Of a DNA stretch of 64,000 nucleotides, positions 50,728 through 60,699 are shown in pieces (the first letter of the stretch is position 1; each line of letters begins with the position of its first letter). The DNA comes from Bacteroidales bacterium (lineage in GTDB: Bacteria > Bacteroidota > Bacteroidia > Bacteroidales > UBA932), in contig JAKSJU010000001.1 in the NCBI GenBank assembly GCA_024402095.1, forward strand, positions 21,248 through 85,247, written 5' to 3'. Position numbers and translations under genes: made by a program. The notes under the pieces were generated by a model, which saw only the letters and a list, made by a program, of their open reading frames with translations, was not told where the DNA came from and did no database searches.

Positions 50728-51794
50728 TGGTAGCGATAGTATTAATCACTGTAATCATCGCTCTGCTGTTTAATTTTACAAACGGTATGAACGATGCAGC
50801 CAACTGTATAGCTTCTGTGATAGCGACCAAGGCTCTGCCGCCGAAAGCGGCCGTGGCTTGGGCAGCATTCTGGCAGATAATGGCCCTGTTCGTATTTGAT
50901 ATGACCGTTGCGTCCACAATGGGAAAGGGCATCGTGAATGAGGTCTGCATAGACGTATATCTGATTCTTGCCGCATTGCTGGGATCAGTTCTGTGGATAT
51001 TCATCTGCACGAAGCTGGGCCTTCCGATATCTGCTTCCCATGCCCTGGTAGGAGGACTTATCGGTCCGGTATGGTTCGTGTACGGCTCTCAATATCTGAT
51101 TCATTCCGGTATAGCCCTGATCATAGCTTTCATAGTGATTTCCCCGCTTCTGGGTACAGTGCTGGGTTTCTTCTTGAATTGCCTGTTCATGGCCATATTC
51201 CGTCACACTAAGGTTAAAACGGTGGACCGTTCGTTCCGTAGGATGCAGCTTGTTTCATCAGCTGCTTTCTCGCTAGGATTCGGAGGTAATGACGGACAGA
51301 AAACGATGGGAGTGATTGCCATCCTGCTGGCCTCTGCGTTTGCCGCTGACCCGGATAACAGGATTATGCAGCTCCTTTATGGCAACGGATTCCTCGCTGC
51401 CGGAGGTGACGGATTCTTTGTGCCGGTATGGCTTAAATTCACCTGTTACGGACTGATTGCATTGGGAACCATTACAGGAGGCTGGAAAGTTATCCGTACA
51501 CTTGGGGACGGTCTGAGCAAGCTTTATCCCGTACAGGGATTCTGTGCTGAGATGTCAGGAGCCATCACACTGATTATCACAGCCTTGTTCGGTATTCCGG
51601 TCAGCACCACCCATACTATCACAGGCTCTATCATAGGAACAGGACTTACCAAGGGAGTCAAGAACGTAAAATGGCTTACAGCCAAGAATATCGTGTGGGC
51701 CTGGGTGCTCACCATCCCTTGTGTGATAGTGGTTTCAGGACTTATTTATCTGGCTATGGTTCACTGGTTGGGCGTGCCTGTAAAGGCTCTCTAG
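50727..51794 (+). CDS. pit: Inorganic phosphate transporter (PiT family)
   Basis: NGMNDAAN, GLPISASH, GGNDGQKTMG, GIPVSTTH. Confidence 0.93.
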   Translation: MVAIVLITVIIALLFNFTNGMNDAANCIASVIATKALPPKAAVAWAAFWQIMALFVFDMTVASTMGKGIVNEVCIDVYLILAALLGSVLWIFICTKLGLPISASHALVGGLIGPVWFVYGSQYLIHSGIALIIAFIVISPLLGTVLGFFLNCLFMAIFRHTKVKTVDRSFRRMQLVSSAAFSLGFGGNDGQKTMGVIAILLASAFAADPDNRIMQLLYGNGFLAAGGDGFFVPVWLKFTCYGLIALGTITGGWKVIRTLGDGLSKLYPVQGFCAEMSGAITLIITALFGIPVSTTHTITGSIIGTGLTKGVKNVKWLTAKNIVWAWVLTIPCVIVVSGLIYLAMVHWLGVPVKAL

Positions 51795-54751
51795 AACCTT
51801 TCCATCGCATTTTTCAGCAGATTCTTCATCGCTTCTTCGGACTTCAGCGTCTCGAGAGGGAATCCGAAGGAAGCCACGCTGTATCCGTCACCTTTGTAAA
51901 GTACTGCGGCAGGAGTGCCGGTGCGGTCATATCTGAGTATCACCGAGCCGTTGCGTCCTGAAGGTCCGATGCCGTCTGGGCTTTCCACGCTATAGGAAAC
52001 GGTATTGGGACTGTTGTAGAATTCTTCAGCGGAATCCAGGCCGAATGACGGTGCGGGAGCAATCTTTCCGCTGCCTGTGCCTCTGTTTGTCATCCAACGG
52101 TATCCGAGTACGTTCTCGCAGAAATTGCGGGCCTGATCTGCGTATCCTTTGTCAATATTGATGTCATAGACGCTTGACCAGGCATCAGTGCCGATGTATG
52201 CTCCGGATATTATGATGTTGCTTCCCTGGACAGTAGCCTTCCTGAGGGCATTCTGCAGGCTTACAGGGAAGACACTGTATCTTGTCTGCATACCCTTGCC
52301 TATGTCCGTTGTGACCTGCTTTCCGCATATCACGTCAATAGCCCATGGGGTCATGTCGTCGGGAATAAGTTCCATGTTGTTGTAGAGGCTGCAGAATCCG
52401 GATGCGCTCATGGAACAGAACGGATGGCCAAGTTCCAGCAGCGCCTTGCCATGTACGTAAGGATAGTCGAAAGTGTTTCCGGCAATTATCTCTCCAGCGT
52501 GGTCGTCATCGCTGGCACCGAATCCCGGTGCATCATCGGATATCCATTCGAGACTCCTCCTGTTCTCGTAATTCTCGCCTATGTAGCTGATATCCGTGAT
52601 GTAAGGCACTCCGCTGTCCTGCCTTGCGTCAAAGCCTGCAACATTGTCGGAATGATACCAGTAAGGAGCACTTACCCTCGTGAAATTGTTCACAATAAGC
52701 ACCGGGCGGCTTCTTATGTCGGAAGGCTTTCCGAGTGCAAGAATTTCAGAGGGAAAACTCTTTCCGCCTTCATTGAATGCTTCAACCTTATATGAATAGA
52801 TGTGTCCCGGTTTCACCGGAAGGTCTATGCTGTTGTCCCAGGTTTCCCGACCGGCGTCGAACGGGCCGTCATCCACTCTTGTATAAACGATATAGCCTTT
52901 TGCTCCGGCAGTAGGCTCTTTCTCGTCCCTTGTCGCCTCCCAACTGAGGTGGGCATTCCCATCCTTGGAGAATGTAGCGGTAAAACCGTGTACCGGCAGC
53001 GGCTGCACGACATAATCGGTACTATAGAAGTCGGCAAGGAATTTGAGCATGCCCTTGTAGACGGCACGGCAGACCGCAAAGCGGAAAGCCGGATCCTGGC
53101 CGTATCTCATGTCTTCGAAATTCTGATGGCTAAGCAGTTCCAGAATCATGGCTGGTACTCCGCTTGTCCTTGATTCGCTGTATGACCGGTTCCATAGCAT
53201 TCTCCTGCTCCATTCAGGATTGAAATCTTCCCTGATATCGGCGCATACCTGGTCCTGTACGTATTCCGCCAGGAGTCTGCAGGCGTCACGTGAGCCACCG
53301 TTCAGCAGTTTGCGTGACCTGTCCGCCATCAGAGAATATATGGACAGAGTGCCGACAATACTGTCTTTCTGCATGCTCCCGGCGTCGGAATGAAAAGCAA
53401 GGGACATATCTATTGGGATATCCTTCTCCTTGACCAGCATTTCAGTCCACGGGCCCCTGTCTGCAAAGTCATTCGTGTAGTCTTTCGGCCAGCTTTGCGT
53501 GATGTCCGTGCCTGCTCCGGCCCAACTCATCCAGTACAGTGCCCCTTCCATATAGCTCGGCATCCCGGATGTGTGCTTTTCCCCGTGTTCGGGACCTCTT
53601 GCAATCTTGCCCATACCTCCACCTATCTTGACAGCGTCGGCAGTGACAGTCTCGCCGTTTTTGCCGGAATTGTCAAGGGTTACTACGCATGCTCCTTTAC
53701 CGAACTCAAAGGTGCCCAGGTATATCCATGTGCCGCCTCCGCGTTTCTGATTCACGCTGAATTCAGTTGTGCCTCCCAGATGCCTGACCGTGTAATGCGC
53801 AGCCGTGCTGCTCTCTGGAAGAGTCTTGTATGAGATGTATACCGCGTAATTCCCACGCTCTTCAATATCCATGGTCCAGGTAGCGGTGGCAGTTGCCTTT
53901 CCGCTCTTGCATGCGGCCTGACGCGCACTTCCGGAAGTGAAAGGATTGTCAGTGATGTCATAATGCAGCTTGGTATCCGCAAAGCCTGTCCCGGCGTCGG
54001 ACCAATGGCCCTGTTCTGTGTATGTGCCCAGCCTTCTTGTCTCTCCGGTCCTTCCGCTGCTGAAACTTCTGTCATAGTCTGCAATGTACTCCAGATGGTG
54101 CGTATCCCTTTCACGCGGTGTCATGACGTATGCTCCTGCATTCTCAAGCATGGGAATCAGGAATGGCAGTACAAAACTCTGTGTGAACATATCCTCGCAT
54201 GTGCGGTTCACTCTTGCCCTCTGCCACAGCCAGCTGTCGCTGGCCTCATCATAATATCTGCCATGGCTCTGCCACAACGATACGAAACGTCCGTCCAGCC
54301 CTTTGTCAAATCTTCTGCTTCCTTTCCTGACTATGAACGTCCTGTCCCTTCCGGGATCCTTTATAGCCTTGGCATATGCGGAATGATGGCCGTCGGAACC
54401 CCTTGACGGAGTTACCAGTTCCTTCAGGTTTATGTTTCTGGCGAAGATTTCACCGAGCGAATAGTCGGGGTTGAACTCCTTAACTTTTGACGAAAGGAAG
54501 GACCTGACGAAGGATGCAGTCCCGGAGTGCCACGGATAATCGCTGAAATCCTGACTGAAATAGAAGTCCAGGGTCTTGCCTCTGCTGAGTATCCTGTTGA
54601 TTTTTACCTTTGACCTGACCGTCGTGATCCTTGTGAGATATGCGTCCAGCGAGTCGCAGAACTCGCCATAGGAAGCAACGCTTCTGACATTCTGTGAAAA
54701 CGCTGATCCTGACAGAAGCAGAAGGGTAAGCAGAAGCGCAAATTTTTTCAT
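51791..54751 (-). CDS. Exported Amidase_3-like / Golvesin(xanthan-lyase C-terminal)-like / FN3 protein
   Basis: Signal peptide, WQSHG, E, FHSDA, ILELLSH (amidase-type Zn ligands), GTWIYLGTF...ADAV module, FN3 (YKVEAFNEGGKS). Confidence 0.75.
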   Translation of the reverse strand: MKKFALLLTLLLLSGSAFSQNVRSVASYGEFCDSLDAYLTRITTVRSKVKINRILSRGKTLDFYFSQDFSDYPWHSGTASFVRSFLSSKVKEFNPDYSLGEIFARNINLKELVTPSRGSDGHHSAYAKAIKDPGRDRTFIVRKGSRRFDKGLDGRFVSLWQSHGRYYDEASDSWLWQRARVNRTCEDMFTQSFVLPFLIPMLENAGAYVMTPRERDTHHLEYIADYDRSFSSGRTGETRRLGTYTEQGHWSDAGTGFADTKLHYDITDNPFTSGSARQAACKSGKATATATWTMDIEERGNYAVYISYKTLPESSTAAHYTVRHLGGTTEFSVNQKRGGGTWIYLGTFEFGKGACVVTLDNSGKNGETVTADAVKIGGGMGKIARGPEHGEKHTSGMPSYMEGALYWMSWAGAGTDITQSWPKDYTNDFADRGPWTEMLVKEKDIPIDMSLAFHSDAGSMQKDSIVGTLSIYSLMADRSRKLLNGGSRDACRLLAEYVQDQVCADIREDFNPEWSRRMLWNRSYSESRTSGVPAMILELLSHQNFEDMRYGQDPAFRFAVCRAVYKGMLKFLADFYSTDYVVQPLPVHGFTATFSKDGNAHLSWEATRDEKEPTAGAKGYIVYTRVDDGPFDAGRETWDNSIDLPVKPGHIYSYKVEAFNEGGKSFPSEILALGKPSDIRSRPVLIVNNFTRVSAPYWYHSDNVAGFDARQDSGVPYITDISYIGENYENRRSLEWISDDAPGFGASDDDHAGEIIAGNTFDYPYVHGKALLELGHPFCSMSASGFCSLYNNMELIPDDMTPWAIDVICGKQVTTDIGKGMQTRYSVFPVSLQNALRKATVQGSNIIISGAYIGTDAWSSVYDINIDKGYADQARNFCENVLGYRWMTNRGTGSGKIAPAPSFGLDSAEEFYNSPNTVSYSVESPDGIGPSGRNGSVILRYDRTGTPAAVLYKGDGYSVASFGFPLETLKSEEAMKNLLKNAMERF

Positions 54752-55140
54752 TTCTTCTTAAACAGAGTTACGAAAAAAACGAAGATAGAAGACAGCCCCA
54801 GGGATATCATGTCGGCATAGAGGTCTTTTACGTCAGCCGTACGGGTAGGAGTGAAGGACTGTATATATTCGGTAAGTGATGCTATGCCGCATCCCACTAC
54901 GAGTATGCAGAATATGAGCAGCGCGTTTTTCCAGACCTTGCTGATTTTCCAATCAGTGGAGAGAAAGGCAAGGATAGGGAAGGGGAGGAACATTATGAAA
55001 TGCGCCACCTTGTCTGTGGGAAAGCCCAGGAAAGTAGCCCTCACGACAGGTATGCTGTCCCCGCTGATGAAGCACAGGAATGCTATCGCAATCAGGTACA
55101 ACAGCATCAGAATCCTTGAAAGAAATACTCTGCTTTTCAT
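54748..55140 (-). CDS. VanZ family membrane protein
   Basis: DKVAHF.MF and TEYIQ...P.R..D..D..AD. Confidence 0.85.
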   Translation of the reverse strand: MKSRVFLSRILMLLYLIAIAFLCFISGDSIPVVRATFLGFPTDKVAHFIMFLPFPILAFLSTDWKISKVWKNALLIFCILVVGCGIASLTEYIQSFTPTRTADVKDLYADMISLGLSSIFVFFVTLFKKK

Positions 55141-55152
55141 TTTGAATGGTCC

Positions 55153-56988
55153 CTACAGGGCCTGCATGTCGTTCAACTTCTTGTATATGCCGTCCTTTGC
55201 AATCAGTTCTTCGTGAGTGCCGGTCTCGACAATCTTTCCTTCATCCATCACAATTATGTTGTCAGCGCCCTTGATGGTACTTAACCTGTGGGCGATGGCG
55301 ATGGTGGTGCGGTTGGACATAAGACGGTCCAGAGCCTCCTGCACAATGTGCTCGGACTCTGTGTCCAGCGCTGCAGTGGCCTCGTCAAGAATAAGAATAG
55401 GAGGGTTCTTGAGTATTGCTCTGGCTATGCTTATCCTCTGTCTCTGGCCGCCGCTCAATTTGACTCCGCGGTCACCGATAACTGTCTGGTAGCCCTCTTC
55501 CTTTTCCATAATGAAGTCATGTGCGTTTGCTATTCTGGCGGCAGCGATGACCTCTTCTTCCGTCGCATCCTCTTTTCCGAAGGCGATGTTGTTGAAGATG
55601 GTGTCATTGAAGAGGATAGGGTCCTGGTTGACATTTCCCATAAGGCTTCTCAGATCGCGGATCTTGAGGTTCCTGATATCGGTGCCGTCTATGCATATGC
55701 TGCCACCGGTGACGTCATAGAATCTCGGGATGAGGTCCACAATAGTGGATTTTCCTGCTCCTGAAGCACCTACAATGGCGATGGTCTTGCCTTTAGGAAT
55801 ATCAAAGCTTGCATTTTCAACCACATTCCGCCCGTCATCCGTATAATGGAAGCTGACGTCCCTGATTGATATGCCGGACTTGAATTCGGAGATTGACTCT
55901 GCGTTTTCTTTCTCCTTGATAGGGTTTTCGCTGAGAAGGATATGGTCGATCCTTTCCATTGAAGCGAGACCTTTCGGTACGCTGTATGCTGCCCTGGAAA
56001 GGTCCTTAATCGGCTGGATCACACTGTACAGTATGGCCATGTAGGACATGAACGTAGGGGCATCAATGGATGCGTGGTCTCCAAGGATAAGGATACCTCC
56101 GTACCAGAGCACTATCGCAATCATCACAGTCCCGAGAAATTCGCTGACCGGATGAGCGCTTGCCTGTCTGACAGCAACCTGTGTCAGCTTGCGGCGCATG
56201 TCGTTGGTGACCTTCTCAAAACGCTTCTCCATCTTTCCTTCCACAAGGAATGCCTTGATGACGCGGAGCCCGCCCAGTGTCTCGTCCACCTGGCTCATCA
56301 TGTCGCTCCACATCCCCTGCGCTTCAAGCGAACGAGCCCTGAGCTTTCTTCCGATAATGCTCATGATCCATATCATTGCGGGAGCGAAAAGGATTGTGAA
56401 CAGAGTCAGTTTCCATGACATGAAGAACAGCCATCCCATGTAGAAGACAATGAGGATAGGGTTTTTGAGCAGCATGTCCAGAGTGCTGGTGATAGAGTTC
56501 TCCACCTCTGATACGTCACCGCTCATTCTTGCAATGATGTCACCTTTCCTCTCCTGCGAGAAGAAACTTATAGGAAGCCTGATAATTTTCCCGTAGATCT
56601 GCTTTCTGATATCCCTCGTGATGCCGGTCCTCATCGGCATGATGGCGGCTGCGGCTCCGAAATAGCATGCAGTCTTGACCAGGGTGATGCCGCAGAAAAT
56701 AAGGCAGAGCATAAGGAGCACCTTGCTGGCACCGTTGTTCTCTATTGCAATCGAGACGTAATAGTAGATATTGTTGATGATCTGGTCAAAGTTCATAGGC
56801 ATTGTCCAGGCAGTGAATTCGTACACCTGGTCGCCCCCGACTTTGAAAAGAATCTGAAGGATAGGTATCAGCAGTGAGAATGAAAAAATGTTGAATACCG
56901 CTGACAGCATGTTTATCAGCACCGATCCGACCAGATATCCTTTGTACGGTGCAGCGTAACGCACCATTATTTTCCAAAAATCTTTCAT
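55153..56988 (-). CDS. ABC exporter, fused TMD-NBD (MsbA-like)
   Basis: TM domain followed by GASGAGKST, LSGGQRQR, ILDEAT, IAHRLST. Confidence 0.9.
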   Translation of the reverse strand: MKDFWKIMVRYAAPYKGYLVGSVLINMLSAVFNIFSFSLLIPILQILFKVGGDQVYEFTAWTMPMNFDQIINNIYYYVSIAIENNGASKVLLMLCLIFCGITLVKTACYFGAAAAIMPMRTGITRDIRKQIYGKIIRLPISFFSQERKGDIIARMSGDVSEVENSITSTLDMLLKNPILIVFYMGWLFFMSWKLTLFTILFAPAMIWIMSIIGRKLRARSLEAQGMWSDMMSQVDETLGGLRVIKAFLVEGKMEKRFEKVTNDMRRKLTQVAVRQASAHPVSEFLGTVMIAIVLWYGGILILGDHASIDAPTFMSYMAILYSVIQPIKDLSRAAYSVPKGLASMERIDHILLSENPIKEKENAESISEFKSGISIRDVSFHYTDDGRNVVENASFDIPKGKTIAIVGASGAGKSTIVDLIPRFYDVTGGSICIDGTDIRNLKIRDLRSLMGNVNQDPILFNDTIFNNIAFGKEDATEEEVIAAARIANAHDFIMEKEEGYQTVIGDRGVKLSGGQRQRISIARAILKNPPILILDEATAALDTESEHIVQEALDRLMSNRTTIAIAHRLSTIKGADNIIVMDEGKIVETGTHEELIAKDGIYKKLNDMQAL

Positions 56989-57002
56989 TGATGCAAAGAT
57001 AA

Positions 57003-57800
57003 CTATAAATTGGTTATTCTCGAAGGCGTCTGTCGCGGCAGAGCAACGAGCCTTGATGTGCCTGATGTCTTCCTGCAGGTCTTTACTGCAAGTTCGGGCG
57101 TGTTGTTGTGTTCGGAGAGGTGGCAGAGAAAGATGTTGTCGAGACCGTCATGCATCAACTTTCCTATGGCTTCTGCGCACTCGTCGTTGCTCAGATGCCC
57201 GTGCCCGCCGCATATCCTGTCCTGGAGGACTTTGGGATACGGTCCGTGGATGAGCATCTCATAGTCGTAATTGGACTCGATTACCAGAGTCCGGGCCTTG
57301 CCGGCGAGTTCCAGAGCTTCATCCGTCACGGATCCGGCGTCCGTCATAATCACAAACATATAGCCGTCCATATTGATGGCGTAGCCCACAGTCTGTGTGG
57401 CATCGTGAGGAACCTCAAACCAGCGTACGCTGATGCGTCCGGGTACAATTTCAGTCCATCCATCCTCCGATAGCTTTCTACGGCAGTCCGATATCCACGG
57501 ATGTACCATATAGTTGCAGGTCAGAGCATTGTGGAGCCTTTCCGTGGCCCATACGGGTTTCTTGAGACGCTTGCACCATGATCCGAGCGAGCGGATATGG
57601 TCATTGTGGTCATGTGTGACCAGAATGGCGTCAATCTCCTCGATGGAGATATTGTCAGACTGAAGGTCCTTCTTTGCGCGCCTGAAACTTACACCCGTGT
57701 CAATGATGACGGAATGTTCGCACCTGCCCTCCTCAGTGAATGATCCGAGGAAATAACAGTTGCCGCAAGAGCCGGAAGAAAGTGATTTGAACCTTATCAT
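57003..57800 (-). CDS. MBL-fold metallo-hydrolase (YycJ/WalJ-like)
   Basis: SGSCGN, THDHNDH, VPHDA, ESNYD..ML, GHLSN, HLSEHNN. Confidence 0.88.
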   Translation of the reverse strand: MIRFKSLSSGSCGNCYFLGSFTEEGRCEHSVIIDTGVSFRRAKKDLQSDNISIEEIDAILVTHDHNDHIRSLGSWCKRLKKPVWATERLHNALTCNYMVHPWISDCRRKLSEDGWTEIVPGRISVRWFEVPHDATQTVGYAINMDGYMFVIMTDAGSVTDEALELAGKARTLVIESNYDYEMLIHGPYPKVLQDRICGGHGHLSNDECAEAIGKLMHDGLDNIFLCHLSEHNNTPELAVKTCRKTSGTSRLVALPRQTPSRITNL

Positions 57801-59779
57801 TCTTCAGTCTTGCAGTACTTGTTGATTACGCTGTAAGCGTCAGGAATGCCCAGCTCACCTGCTCTGGAGAGGTCAATGCATCCTTTTTCCTTATCTTTCA
57901 GATAGATCAGGACAAGCCCTCGGTTATAGAATGCGTCACCCATGTAAGGATAAATGCTGATGGCCTTGTCATAATTCTCGAGAGAACTTATCAGTTCAGT
58001 CGACAGACAGTACAGATTTCCGAGGTCATAATACAGGTATGGAATGTCAGGGAGGAGCTCCCTGGCGGCCAGAAGGTCCGCAATGGCTTCGGAGTAATCA
58101 TAAGTCCTGGAAGCCTTGTCGCTCACCCTCGCTCTTGTAGCGCCGGAGTCATCCATTGTGAGAGTTTGGACATTGTTCTCCATCGATGCGATGAAATCAA
58201 TCATTTCAGCGCGTAGAACGCCCCTGTTCAGAAGGTAGAATCCCTTGTAGTATCTCTGGTACCTGTCTCTTTGTGCATCGTTGTCAGCTGCGTTCACGGC
58301 CTGGTTGAAATAACTCAGGGCTGTGCTGTACTGCTTGTTCTGAAGCTCTTGAAGACCCTTCAGGAAATAGCCTTCAGCGCTTGTAGGAACGCCTGGATAG
58401 ATACTTTCCCCGACCTCCTGCACATTGCTGATTGTAATCGGAAGGTCTGAGCTGTTGATGAACCTGTCAAGCAGGGAATTCTCGAAACGGCGGCTCAACG
58501 CCATCAATGTATTCTCCCTGTCCCGTGTTATGCTGAACTTGTACAGAGGCTTCAGCCGGATGTCGATATCCCTGTGCTGAAGCAGTTCGTCGTTGAAGTC
58601 TTTCTTCGCGAAGTCGGCGTCCAGGGCCAGAAGGGCATTGTATTTCCTTGTGGTGTCCGCAAAGGCTTCACTGTCTGTGGCATTCTGTGCTCTGTACTCG
58701 CTGACCTTCTTCTGGGCGATGTTGTAATCTCTCTTTGAATCCGCGTTCCTGCCCAGCATGTTCTCGACATAGGCGCGGTTCAGATATGCCTTGGCGAAGT
58801 CCGGATACAGTTCGATGGCCCTGCTGTAGTCGTCCAGAGCATCCTTCCACCTGCCCATTTCCATGAAGAAAGCAGCCCTGTTGTAGTAGGCGAGGACATT
58901 GCCCGGATTGATGTTGATCACTCTGTCGATATCGTTGAGGGCTTCCTCGAAATTGCCCACCTGCGCATTGATGAGGCTTCTGTTATAGAGGGTCAGTGCG
59001 TTCCCCGGCTCGTCTTCAAGTACTCTGTCGAGGTCGGCCATTGCAGCATTGAAGTTCTGGTTTTCATAGTGCATCAGCGCTCTGTTGAAATATGCGAAAG
59101 TGTTGCTGCTGTCCAGGGCGATTGCGAGGTTCATGTCGTTCACGGCATTCTTGTAGTCCTTCTGCTCAGCGTAGAGACGGCCTCTTCTGATGTAGCCCTC
59201 TGGATCAAACCTGTCAATCCTGATGGCGTTGTTGTAATCGCTCATGGCCTTGAGCGTGTCACCGAGGAAGAGATATGACGCTCCTCTGTTGAGGTAGGCG
59301 CCCGGGTCGTTGGGCTCTTTCTTTATGTAACGGTCAAAGTCGTTCACCGCCTCCTGGAACCTCTGAGCCAGGAAATAGGTGACTCCGCGGCTGTAATAAA
59401 GACTGGTGAAGCCGGGCCTCAGGTCAATGGCGTGCTGGAGGTCTATCAGCGCGTTGTCATAGTCTCCGGACTGGCTCTTCGTTATGGCGCGGTAATGATA
59501 TCCGTTTGTGAACACGGGATTGATTCTGACGCTTCTGTCGAAATCCTGCTGCGCCCCGCGCAGATCTCCCAGATTGTACTTGGCTATGCCGCGGTAAAAG
59601 AAACTCCAGTAGTCGGCGGTGTCCAAGCGTACGAGGATATTGAAATTCTCGATTGCCTGGGCGTATTTGCCGTCCTGAAGTGAAATTCTCCCGCGCAGCG
59701 AGAACACATCTTTGTCATATTGGGCGAAGATGCTCGTTGAACAGGCAAGAAGCAGTATGGTAAGGAGAATCTTTTTCAC
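57797..59779 (-). CDS. Exported tetratricopeptide-repeat protein
   Basis: Signal peptide and many repeats of AY.NRG...A..D...AI...P. GTG start. Confidence 0.9.
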   Translation of the reverse strand: MKKILLTILLLACSTSIFAQYDKDVFSLRGRISLQDGKYAQAIENFNILVRLDTADYWSFFYRGIAKYNLGDLRGAQQDFDRSVRINPVFTNGYHYRAITKSQSGDYDNALIDLQHAIDLRPGFTSLYYSRGVTYFLAQRFQEAVNDFDRYIKKEPNDPGAYLNRGASYLFLGDTLKAMSDYNNAIRIDRFDPEGYIRRGRLYAEQKDYKNAVNDMNLAIALDSSNTFAYFNRALMHYENQNFNAAMADLDRVLEDEPGNALTLYNRSLINAQVGNFEEALNDIDRVININPGNVLAYYNRAAFFMEMGRWKDALDDYSRAIELYPDFAKAYLNRAYVENMLGRNADSKRDYNIAQKKVSEYRAQNATDSEAFADTTRKYNALLALDADFAKKDFNDELLQHRDIDIRLKPLYKFSITRDRENTLMALSRRFENSLLDRFINSSDLPITISNVQEVGESIYPGVPTSAEGYFLKGLQELQNKQYSTALSYFNQAVNAADNDAQRDRYQRYYKGFYLLNRGVLRAEMIDFIASMENNVQTLTMDDSGATRARVSDKASRTYDYSEAIADLLAARELLPDIPYLYYDLGNLYCLSTELISSLENYDKAISIYPYMGDAFYNRGLVLIYLKDKEKGCIDLSRAGELGIPDAYSVINKYCKTEE

Positions 59780-59814
59780 TAACTTTACGCGCTTTTACAA
59801 AGATAGCATTTATT

Positions 59815-60687
59815 GTGCCGAGAATAAAGACTATAGCGATATTATTTTTGTCCATCGCATTGATGCTGCCGCCTGCAGGGATGGCAGCGCAGATTTCTGT
59901 GAGTCCGGAACGTCTAAAGTCACGTGTTGAATTCCTCTCTGATACCCTGTGCGATGGCAGGGGCATGGGTACGCGCGGAAATTTTGAAGCCATGGCATAT
60001 GTCGCAAGGAACTTCTGTGCCTGTGGGATGGAAGTGGAACTGCAGCCGTTTGTGGTGGATGGAAGGGTAGGCCATAATGTCATTGCGCGTCATTTCGGAA
60101 ATCCGGCATTCCCCGCTTACACGCTGGTTACGGCATATTATGACGGGATGGGACGAATCGGAGGCAGGATGCTGCCCGGAGCCGATGCGAACGCCTCGGG
60201 TGTCGCCGCTCTTCTGGAAGCCGCCGGGTATCTCAAGGATTCTCCGAGAAATTATATTTTCGTCGCCCTTGACGGCCATAATGCCAATATGTCAGGAGCA
60301 ATGTACTGCCAGCAGAAGTTCAGAAGTCCCCAGCGTGTAGTCAATCTGGATATTCTTGGCAGCACTCTGGCGCCTGTGACGCCTCTCAGGCCCAATTATC
60401 TTATTGTACTCGGTGGAGCGCAATATGCAAGGAGCCTGGAGTCCGAGGATATTTTCAATGAACTTGTCCTGTATTACGATTACTACGGAAGCCAGCGCTT
60501 CACCGAACTCTTCTACAGGAGGATTTCTGACCAGAAATATTGGCTTGACAATGGGGTGTCGTGCTTTATGTTCACATCAGGCATCACCGATAATACAAAC
60601 AAGTATTATGATGATGCCTGGTCGCTTGATTATGATATCTTCGCCAAAAGGGTCAATCTAATCTGCCGCTGGCTGGCGAAGCACTGA
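59815..60687 (+). CDS. M28 peptidase-like protein (degenerate metal site)
   Basis: LSD....GRG, NVIA, AYYDG.G, PGADANASG, VNLD.LG, SDQ. Confidence 0.7.
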   Translation: MPRIKTIAILFLSIALMLPPAGMAAQISVSPERLKSRVEFLSDTLCDGRGMGTRGNFEAMAYVARNFCACGMEVELQPFVVDGRVGHNVIARHFGNPAFPAYTLVTAYYDGMGRIGGRMLPGADANASGVAALLEAAGYLKDSPRNYIFVALDGHNANMSGAMYCQQKFRSPQRVVNLDILGSTLAPVTPLRPNYLIVLGGAQYARSLESEDIFNELVLYYDYYGSQRFTELFYRRISDQKYWLDNGVSCFMFTSGITDNTNKYYDDAWSLDYDIFAKRVNLICRWLAKH

Positions 60688-60699
60688 TGAGCGGGGAGT

